NCBI GenBank assembly: GCA_004524535.1
Contig: SDNY01000102.1
Location: 1-13,121 of the forward strand
DNA length: 13,121 bases
Source: Promethearchaeota archaeon
Lineage (GTDB): Archaea; Asgardarchaeota; Lokiarchaeia; Sigyniarchaeales; SOKP01
Direction of reading: 5' to 3'
Within the stretch, counting starts at the first letter, position 1; each line of letters starts with the position of its first letter. Below, one piece after another: positions 1-6,892 of the stretch. The position numbers and the translations under genes are program-made. The notes under the pieces are model-generated. The model made no database searches, was not told where the DNA came from, and was given only the letters and a program-made list of their open reading frames with translations.

Positions 1-1202
1 AACCAATCAGAGCTACTGGCATTGTATAGAAAAATTTCTGCAGTTTTTAGAATACTAACGTCACTTATATTAGTTACAATATTAAAATCAAAACCGTATA
101 AGAGGTAAGGATGAAATAAATCCCAGAGTTCTTCCCATGTAATACCCCAGAGTTCTTCCCAAGGCTGGTTAGGAAAATAATTTATCGTTTGATTTAAAAT
201 AGCTCGACTCCAAAATCCAAAATTAACTCTAGTAGTTATAGTTAAATTATCTGTTTCTGATTGAACGACGAATCTATCATTATCCGTAAATTTAAATGAA
301 TCTAAATCACCAACAATTGAGCTATTATTAATTACGTTAACTATATCAGTTACATTATTTTCAAAGAAGAGTTTTCTGTGAGCACCTCCATAAAATGCAC
401 CTTTGACAAATGTAGCCCCCACGTCGATATCATCAGAATCTTCTCCATCTGGTTTAAAAAATAGATATTTTTCTCCCCCGCCTAAATGACTATCATCTGG
501 AGGCATCTTAACTCGGTAGGCAAACCAATATTTCCTCACCCCTTCTTCTTCAGTCCAGTTAGTATTATCTTTATCTAGATATATAGGTCCAATAGGTGAA
601 TTTAAAAAATCAAAAGTAAACCATTGTTGGAAACGATCTCCAGGACGATTTTTACTTAAAGGTGCTTTTATAGTTCCATTTTCAAATGGAGCTCCATCAT
701 TCGAACAGTTCATGATGGCAACTTCCCAAGCATTCGTTTCATCAACGCGTAATTCATTAATTTCATCTAAGATATAAATACTAACATTATAAAGAAATTG
801 GCTTTTGTCAATCCAAAATTTTTGATACACATATGTGGGCTCGTAATACGACCTGCTTTTAAATGCGGCTGTATAACCTGATTCGAGTTCATATGTGACG
901 TTATGGACGATTATATCATCAAATGTAATTTGTGCTTCTGAAAGAAAATTATTCTTTATGAAAATATTTGGCAGTCTGTTTAAACCGGGATGTTTATTAT
1001 TAATATAACAATCTTGGATTTGTACCGTTTCTTGAGTGTATAGCTTTCCTCCACTTTCTATACCAGAAGTTTTTAAAGATTTTAAGTCATTAGCTTCTTG
1101 ATTAGCTAAAGGATTTTCGTTGGAAGAAACAACGAAAATAAAAATATTCATGCATATTATAAAAAAAAGCAAGAGAAATGGTTTTTTTTTTAAAGTTATC
1201 AT
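1..1202 (-). CDS. Secreted or cell-surface glycoprotein of unknown function, 5' part only (runs off the left edge)
   Basis: Hand translation from ATG at 1202-1200 gives MITLKKKPFLLLFFIICMNIFIFVVSSNENP... and stays open to the edge (...AEIFLYNASSSDW, 400 codons). It is probably missing from the ORF track because no stop lies inside the window. It has a basic plus hydrophobic signal or anchor peptide and many N-x-S/T sequons (NVT, NVS, NCS, NGT, NWT, NLT, NQT, NIS, NAS). Confidence 0.85.
   Translation of the reverse strand, partial: MITLKKKPFLLLFFIICMNIFIFVVSSNENPLANQEANDLKSLKTSGIESGGKLYTQETVQIQDCYINNKHPGLNRLPNIFIKNNFLSEAQITFDDIIVHNVTYELESGYTAAFKSRSYYEPTYVYQKFWIDKSQFLYNVSIYILDEINELRVDETNAWEVAIMNCSNDGAPFENGTIKAPLSKNRPGDRFQQWFTFDFLNSPIGPIYLDKDNTNWTEEEGVRKYWFAYRVKMPPDDSHLGGGEKYLFFKPDGEDSDDIDVGATFVKGAFYGGAHRKLFFENNVTDIVNVINNSSIVGDLDSFKFTDNDRFVVQSETDNLTITTRVNFGFWSRAILNQTINYFPNQPWEELWGITWEELWDLFHPYLLYGFDFNIVTNISDVSILKTAEIFLYNASSSDW
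122..161. repeat. Perfect 16-bp direct repeat, 24-bp period, inside the CDS (WEELW-GIT-WEELW)
   Basis: cccagagttcttccca occurs at 122-137 and 146-161. Confidence 0.9.
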
Positions 1203-1379
1203 TGTCCGTTCTCTTGATTTTTATTAAATTTATTTGCGATATTAAAATAAATATTTGAATATATTTTTTCTATAGTCCAATATTTACTTTAAAAAACTAG
1301 TATTATAATCTAATATTATTATTTATTTGATATCTTTTAATTATTATCTTAAAATTCTGAGAGATTATTGATTTAATTA

Positions 1380-1395
1380 CAAAGATTTTTATATA
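1380..1395 (+). promoter_or_regulatory. Putative archaeal promoter (BRE plus TATA box) of the MFS operon
   Basis: CAAAGA is followed by TTTTTATATA, about 60 nt upstream of ATG 1457. The AT-rich background lowers specificity. Confidence 0.45.
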
Positions 1396-1456
1396 TTTTA
1401 CCATCTTAATCTCCAAACCATTAAAGTAAACTCAAAAAAAAATTTATTCTTTTCTT

Positions 1457-2719
1457 ATGAAACATCAATCTTTTATAATACTTATATTACTAACACTTTT
1501 TTCCTCAGCTTTAATGAGCATTATAATGCCGATGGCTAAAGAAGTTGCGCAAACTTTAAAATTAGAAAGTGAAGCTCAAGTTCAGATTATAAATTCAATT
1601 TTTTTATTCGTTGGGGCATTTAGTTCAATAGCATGGGCAATTTTGGGTGATAAATTTTCACGCAAAATAATGCTAATCATTGGAACATTTATATGGTCAT
1701 TTTTTTCATTTCTTACTATTTTCGCAACAGATTTTTATTCGTTATTATTCTTTCAAATATTTGCTGCTATTGGCTTTGGTTCAGCATTGCCTTTAATATT
1801 TTCTTTATTGGTAGATTCAATCGAGGCAGAAAAAAGAGGAAAATCTTTTGGTACTTTAAGTGCCGCTTATGTTCTAGGTAATGGTTTAGGTCATATGCTT
1901 TCAGGATTTTTAATTGATTATTTTCCTTGGATAGTGCCATTTATTATAATTTCTATATGCGGGATTTTTTGTATGATATTTTTATTTTTCATGAAGGAGC
2001 CTACCAGAGGTGAAATGGAGACATCATCAGAGATGGACGATGAGAGTCTGGGATTAAGTTTTAAAATAAAGATAAAAGATTTCAAGAAAATTTGGCAGAA
2101 AAAGACAATCTTTTGGATATTAATTTTTAATTTCGTTATGTTTGTAGCTATTGGAGCTATATCATCGAATTTTATTTCAATGTTAAAAAATGATTATCAT
2201 TTTAGTTCTAGCATAGCTACCTTATTTCTAATTATTGTTTTCGGTAGCCAAATGATAAGCGGGCCTATAATAGGGGATTTGGCTGATAAAAAAAATAAAA
2301 CTGATAAAAATGGAAGAATAAAATATGTTCTCATCTGTATAGTAATAGGATCAATATGTTATATCATTGGATTTTGCTTAATATTCTCATCTAATAATGT
2401 AATTATGCTGATTATTTTCTTTATTTTTGTCTTAATAGGTGCCTTCTTTTTTGGAGGTATTGATCCGCTTACGCAAGCAACACTAGGAGATATAAGCCCT
2501 CCACAAATTAGATCTACGATTTACTCTCTCAATTTTTTAGCTTATACTTTTGGTCGAAGTTTGAGCATATTACTTTTAGCATTTCTTTTCATAGGCTACG
2601 GCAATCTTTATAGACCGGGTTATGTAATCTTATCAATAATGGCACTCATTAGTTCTCTATTTGTATTTATATTATTAAATACCTTACCTAAGGATTTAGA
2701 TGCCACTGAATCTGATTAA
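1457..2719 (+). CDS. Major facilitator superfamily transporter (about 12 TM helices)
   Basis: 420 aa with about 12 hydrophobic segments. MFS motif A-like GDKFSRK follows TM2 and is echoed as GDLADKK in the C-terminal half. E-KRG follows TM4, and the central loop begins EPTRGEME. Confidence 0.92.
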   Translation: MKHQSFIILILLTLFSSALMSIIMPMAKEVAQTLKLESEAQVQIINSIFLFVGAFSSIAWAILGDKFSRKIMLIIGTFIWSFFSFLTIFATDFYSLLFFQIFAAIGFGSALPLIFSLLVDSIEAEKRGKSFGTLSAAYVLGNGLGHMLSGFLIDYFPWIVPFIIISICGIFCMIFLFFMKEPTRGEMETSSEMDDESLGLSFKIKIKDFKKIWQKKTIFWILIFNFVMFVAIGAISSNFISMLKNDYHFSSSIATLFLIIVFGSQMISGPIIGDLADKKNKTDKNGRIKYVLICIVIGSICYIIGFCLIFSSNNVIMLIIFFIFVLIGAFFFGGIDPLTQATLGDISPPQIRSTIYSLNFLAYTFGRSLSILLLAFLFIGYGNLYRPGYVILSIMALISSLFVFILLNTLPKDLDATESD

Positions 2720-2755
2720 AAACGCAATAAGCAATTAAAAAGCTAGGTTATTGTA

Positions 2756-3457
2756 ATGGAAATAAGAGAAGATCTCTGCGTTGGATGCGGTAAGTGCGAA
2801 ATAATTTGTCCCGTTCAAGCTATTAAAATAATTGATAACAAAGCAGTTATAGATAAAAATCTTTGCGTAGAATGTTCTATATGTTATCGAAACGCAGAAT
2901 GTCCTGTCAATGCGATTAAATCCAGACGATTAAAATGGCCGCGAATTATTCGTAATCCATTTAGCGATGTGATTGGTACACATAAATTAACAGGGATACC
3001 AGGAAGAGGGACAGAAGAAATGAAAACTAACGATGTAACTAATCGTTTTGGAACAGATGAGTATGGGATCTCTATTGAATTAGGGCGCCCTGGAGTTGGA
3101 ACGCAGCTAAAAAATATCGAATTATTTACAACAAAACTTTCACAGATAGGAGTAGAATATGAACCTATGAGTCCAGTTACAGCAATTTTAACTGAAAATA
3201 AAATCAATATTAAGGATGATATAAGAGATGAGCGTGTTCTCTCTGCTATTATTGAATTCAAAATTCCTAAAAATAAGATAAATCAGGTTTTACAAGTAAT
3301 CAAAGAAGTGGAAAAAGAAATTGATACAGTATTTTCGGTTGGGATCGTTTCACGAGTAATGGAAGATGGCTCAATTCCGATTATAGATATATTAGATCAG
3401 CAAGGGTTTAAAGTTAATCCAAATGCTAAAATTAACATAGGCTTAGGTAGAGCCTAA
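2756..3457 (+). CDS. 2x[4Fe-4S] dicluster domain protein with a C-terminal domain of unknown function
   Basis: N-terminal [12 protein letters not shown] and [14 protein letters not shown] ferredoxin motifs. The remaining ~170 aa contain conserved-looking motifs [20 protein letters not shown] and [12 protein letters not shown] lies upstream of the ATG. Confidence 0.85.
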   Translation: MEIREDLCVGCGKCEIICPVQAIKIIDNKAVIDKNLCVECSICYRNAECPVNAIKSRRLKWPRIIRNPFSDVIGTHKLTGIPGRGTEEMKTNDVTNRFGTDEYGISIELGRPGVGTQLKNIELFTTKLSQIGVEYEPMSPVTAILTENKINIKDDIRDERVLSAIIEFKIPKNKINQVLQVIKEVEKEIDTVFSVGIVSRVMEDGSIPIIDILDQQGFKVNPNAKINIGLGRA

Positions 3458-3460
3458 ATA

Positions 3461-3467
3461 GAGGTGG
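3461..3467 (+). promoter_or_regulatory. Shine-Dalgarno site GAGGTGG
   Basis: Strong SD 6 nt upstream of the in-frame ATA at 3474, just after the upstream stop at 3455-3457. Confidence 0.7.
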
Positions 3468-3473
3468 AAAGCG

Positions 3474-4061
3474 ATAACACATTCATTACATAGAGTTGGA
3501 ACTGTTGAAGATTTAAAAGAGGATTATGTGATATTAGCAATGCTGGCGGCTGGAATTAATGATAAATATCCAGATTCACGTAAAAGATTAATAAGGACTG
3601 CTGAAATCATGAAAAAACATAATCCTACAAATATGATGAGGGAGGCGGCTTGGAAGATTTCTCCTGTTATCACAGCTACTTTTACAGATATCGAAACAGT
3701 TAAACAAATTACTCGAACTTTAAAAGAAGAAGATTTAGGAGTTTCTATTGTGATAAGTGGTCTGATTTCTGAAATTAAGGAAGCAGTTAAAGAGATCGGT
3801 TTGAATATGCATACAGTCCATCTTTCATTAGGTGTATTTGGAAAGAAAGAGTTATTACCATCTGAAAAAGTTCTAGAAATTACCACTGGCTGTGGTCATC
3901 ATTGCATTTCACCGCAATCCGTGGAGTATTATGTTGATTTAATTAAAAATGGTAAAATAACAATTAAAAAAGCAGCGGAGAAATTGTCCAAACCTTGTGT
4001 TTGTGGGATTTCAAATATAAAAAGGTATATCAAGATTTTAGAAGAGCTAACTCTCCCATAA
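3474..4061 (+). CDS. Conserved hypothetical His/Cys-rich, probably metal-binding partner of the Fe-S protein (195 aa from ATA 3474; the track calls 177 aa from GTG 3528)
   Basis: The frame is open from TAG 3459-3461. ATA ACA CAT TCA TTA CAT AGA reads (M)THSLHRVGTVEDLKEDYV. C-terminal motifs TTGCGHHCIS and KPCVCGISN. It follows the Fe-S gene by 16 nt. Confidence 0.8.
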   Translation: MTHSLHRVGTVEDLKEDYVILAMLAAGINDKYPDSRKRLIRTAEIMKKHNPTNMMREAAWKISPVITATFTDIETVKQITRTLKEEDLGVSIVISGLISEIKEAVKEIGLNMHTVHLSLGVFGKKELLPSEKVLEITTGCGHHCISPQSVEYYVDLIKNGKITIKKAAEKLSKPCVCGISNIKRYIKILEELTLP

Positions 4062-4063
4062 TT

Positions 4064-5434
4064 CTATTCCCCTAAATAAACATTGTCTTTCAGCAAGGTT
4101 TTACGTAATAGGCTATAGGGTAACTCCCTAGAATGCAGCTCGTTAAGGGCACACAGAGCTGCAGCTGTCCCTGCACCTTGCCCTTGTCCCATGCAAGCTA
4201 CCGTATTCCGGGTTGACATATGGGCCTTAAAATCTTTAGTTATCATCATCCCAGTAGCATATAGATTCTCGATATCTTTCACCAATAATGCTCTGTATGG
4301 GATACCGTAAACACCTCCATCCTTAATTTGAATAAATGGAGCAAGGTCATGGAAACCGTACACCATGATCTCATCTTCAAACCGTTGGGCATTAACAATA
4401 TCTTCTAGGGAAATATCATAATCACAATCTATCAATCTACCTCGCCGGATACATAAAGAGGGGCTAGTGCGAGTGATAAATGCCTTTTCACATCCTGGAA
4501 TATACTTTCGAATAAGATTTACAGCTTTTTGCATTCTTTGTCGTAAAATTACCTCCGTTTTTGAGACATCATCTCTGTTTGTTGGACTGTTCTTCATTTT
4601 TTTATTTAATTTGACAAACATGAAATAATCATCATGAATTGAAGTGATTACTGGATGCATTCCTATTCTTCTTCCTTCTTTTAAAAAACTTAGGGGGGGT
4701 TTCACATATTTCGCATCTAACCTTACCATTTTATTCATTTCCCCACTTCGTTTACCTTCACAATATTGGGACAAGGCATTATTCTTGGATAGGAAATCGT
4801 GGTATTTTTCGATACTGACTCCTGCTACTCCGATACTGTTTGCTACCGGATAATCATTCGGTTCGCTAAACTTCGCGCTGGCATATGCACATAAGTCTCC
4901 ATATCCGGTGCAATCGACAAATGAATGTGCATAAAAAGCTTCTCTTCCTGATCTACTCTCCACTATTATGCCCTGTATAGTTGATTTATCCATAATCACC
5001 CCTCTAACAAAAGAATTTAAAAAAATATGGACTCCTGCGTCTTGTAGCATTTCGAGAGAAATCAATTTATAGAGTTCGGTGTCAATGGCTGTACACACGG
5101 AATCGTAATCGTAACCCTTCAACATTTCAGCATGACCAGTAGTTCCCCCCACCTGTTCTAATCTGGTTATTATCTCTTGTGGAATCCCTCTAACAACCTG
5201 CCGTTTTTCTATCCCGGGAAATGCTTTCCATAAATTAAAAAAACTATGTAATGCAGTCCCTGCTTCAACCACATTTCCTCCAGTGTATCCCTTTCCTTCT
5301 ATCAGCGCAGTTTTTGCCCCCGTTCTAGCAGAAGCTATCGCAGCAACCACTCCACCCGTTCCACCTCCCGCAATGACTACATCAAAATTCCTAATGGGGA
5401 GTTTTTTTGCGGGTTCATTATAATATTTCAACAA
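4064..5434 (-). CDS. FAD-dependent oxidoreductase (FAD_oxidored/PF12831-like)
   Basis: Rossmann motif DVVIAGGGTGGVVAAIASARTGAKTALIE, then FVDCTGYGD, YGIPYRALL, NLYATG and R-x4-CMGQGQGAGTAAAL. TTG start with SD AGGTGA at 5444-5439. Confidence 0.88.
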   Translation of the reverse strand: MLKYYNEPAKKLPIRNFDVVIAGGGTGGVVAAIASARTGAKTALIEGKGYTGGNVVEAGTALHSFFNLWKAFPGIEKRQVVRGIPQEIITRLEQVGGTTGHAEMLKGYDYDSVCTAIDTELYKLISLEMLQDAGVHIFLNSFVRGVIMDKSTIQGIIVESRSGREAFYAHSFVDCTGYGDLCAYASAKFSEPNDYPVANSIGVAGVSIEKYHDFLSKNNALSQYCEGKRSGEMNKMVRLDAKYVKPPLSFLKEGRRIGMHPVITSIHDDYFMFVKLNKKMKNSPTNRDDVSKTEVILRQRMQKAVNLIRKYIPGCEKAFITRTSPSLCIRRGRLIDCDYDISLEDIVNAQRFEDEIMVYGFHDLAPFIQIKDGGVYGIPYRALLVKDIENLYATGMMITKDFKAHMSTRNTVACMGQGQGAGTAAALCALNELHSRELPYSLLRKTLLKDNVYLGE

Positions 5435-5438
5435 TTGT

Positions 5439-5444
5439 TCACCT
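5439..5444 (-). promoter_or_regulatory. Shine-Dalgarno site AGGTGA
   Basis: tcacct on the plus strand, 4 nt from TTG 5434 and 7 nt from the alternative TTG 5431. Confidence 0.7.
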
Positions 5445-5529
5445 ATTTTTCATATTTGTTAATTATGGTTTAAATCTAGTTAAATTTAAAGATTCTTAAT
5501 GAGTTAGTAAATTAATCATAATTATAATG

Positions 5530-6756
5530 CTATTTGAGTGTTTTTTTGGCTAATTCTTCAAGTTCTCGTTCAGAAATGAAATCTTGAGTCTTTATTTTCT
5601 CTTTAATTTGTTTGCGTAGAGTGTCTAACTGTTCTGCAGTTGGAGTCAAACCGATTTTATTTAATTTCGCCTTAAGCGCCCTATCTTGAAGTGTGGTTGC
5701 GCCAAAGATCAGTTTCCGATTCTGTCCGACCACATGAGGTTGAAATAATTCCCAAGTTGTCCAATTCCCAATCAAAATTTGCTCTACATGTAAATCTGAT
5801 TCGTGAATGAAACAATTTTTACCTACAATAGATTTATGGGGTTGCAATGGCGTTTTACTATATTTCTCAATAAGTTGAGAAACTTCCATAATTTTATCCA
5901 ACTTTAAATTTAAATCAATTCCATATAAAATTTCAAGCGCCATTATAACTTCTTCAGTAGCAGCATTTCCAGCTCTATCTCCAAGTCCGTTGAATACCAC
6001 ATCAACGATTTCGGCTCCACCTTCGACACCGGCAAGTGTAGTTGCGGTCGCTAATCCTAAATCATTATGAGTATGAACCTCAATAGGGATATCTCCAACG
6101 ATATTTTTTGTAAATTCAACGTTATCTTTAAAGGCGGAAGGATGTGCACATCCATTTCCATCATAAACAACAATTCTATCTACTCCAGCCTCCATGGCCA
6201 ATGCTAAAAATTTTTTCCAGTACCGGGGAATCACACGTCCAGAACCAAATGCTACAGTGACGTCTTGCGATTTCGCATATTCTATGCCTTCAACAATTCT
6301 TTCAAACACAGCATTTTTAGTTTTTAATACAGGACCAGGAACAAGTAAAAAGTTAATATGATCGGCTCCAGCGCTTATTATATCATCAACTTCTCTTTTA
6401 ATATCTTCAGCATATAATCTCGCATGTGAAGAAAGCATCATTTTTATTCCGTCTCTTTTGAGCGCTTTAAATGTGTCAGCATGTTCCTTAATTCCTGCCG
6501 CATACCCTACTTCGATTTCAGGGATTCCCATCTCTTCTAAAAGCTTCGCAATCTCGACTTTTTCATCAATGGTAAAATAAGTACCTGGTGTTTCCTCCCC
6601 TTCTCTCAGTGTATCATCCTTTATAATTATTTTTTCTGGCAAGTTCATTTGGCTGCGAACGGAATCGGCAAAGTTCCATTCAAAACTCCACCATCTTTGA
6701 TCTTTATCCATTCTCATGGAAGCCCATGCATTCCACCACATTCTTTTATACCTCAT
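5530..6756 (-). CDS. LeuA/homocitrate synthase-like DRE-TIM metalloenzyme (pyruvate carboxyltransferase family) without a C-terminal regulatory domain; substrate uncertain
   Basis: DDTLREGEET (DRE motif), metal ligands EVHTHNDLGLA, NGLGDRAGNA and PHKSIVGKNCFIHESDLH; 408 aa. The start may be Met1 (6756), Met6 (6741, GAGGT 8 nt upstream) or Met14 (6717). Confidence 0.88.
   Translation of the reverse strand: MRYKRMWWNAWASMRMDKDQRWWSFEWNFADSVRSQMNLPEKIIIKDDTLREGEETPGTYFTIDEKVEIAKLLEEMGIPEIEVGYAAGIKEHADTFKALKRDGIKMMLSSHARLYAEDIKREVDDIISAGADHINFLLVPGPVLKTKNAVFERIVEGIEYAKSQDVTVAFGSGRVIPRYWKKFLALAMEAGVDRIVVYDGNGCAHPSAFKDNVEFTKNIVGDIPIEVHTHNDLGLATATTLAGVEGGAEIVDVVFNGLGDRAGNAATEEVIMALEILYGIDLNLKLDKIMEVSQLIEKYSKTPLQPHKSIVGKNCFIHESDLHVEQILIGNWTTWELFQPHVVGQNRKLIFGATTLQDRALKAKLNKIGLTPTAEQLDTLRKQIKEKIKTQDFISERELEELAKKTLK
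6682..6727. repeat. Copy A of a 46-bp imperfect direct repeat (inside the 5' end of the LeuA-like CDS)
   Basis: aaaactccaccatctttgatctttatccattctcatggaagcccat aligns without gaps to 11660-11705 at 40/46 identity (33/36 over 6682-6717). Confidence 0.9.
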
Positions 6757-6861
6757 TATGAATATTTAATTCTAAAGTGATTTGGAGAAATTTAAAATTT
6801 ACTACTTTTAAACAATTAATGCTTATGATTATAGAATTGACATTTTTAAGTAAAAGATAAT

Positions 6862-6876
6862 AAAAATAAAAAAAAA
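6862..6876 (-). terminator. Putative archaeal oligo-T terminator of the surface-protein gene
   Basis: T9-A-T5 on the minus strand, starting 16 nt after the stop at 6893. Confidence 0.55.
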
Positions 6877-6892
6877 TTAATTAAATTTTAAG

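Noticed and set aside
122-161. CRISPR-like repeat
   Set aside because: Only two 16-bp copies with an 8-nt spacer, in frame inside a CDS, and no cas genes.
1239-1262. Imperfect palindrome ATATTAAAATA-AA-TATTTGAATAT in the divergent promoter region
   Set aside because: Almost all A/T in a very AT-rich spacer, so it is plausible by chance. An operator cannot be excluded.
4064-5434. Apparently higher GC in the FAD oxidoreductase gene, suggesting horizontal transfer
   Set aside because: Judged by eye only and partly explained by Gly/Ala content. A codon-position GC calculation against the genome is needed.
5460-5524. 11-bp inverted repeat (10/11) spanning the FAD-LeuA spacer
   Set aside because: AT-rich, long spacer and weak pairing; not distinguishable from background.
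5530-6756. Assigning leuA, cimA, aksA or nifV
   Set aside because: The family is clear, but specificity motifs deviate and no pathway partners are adjacent.
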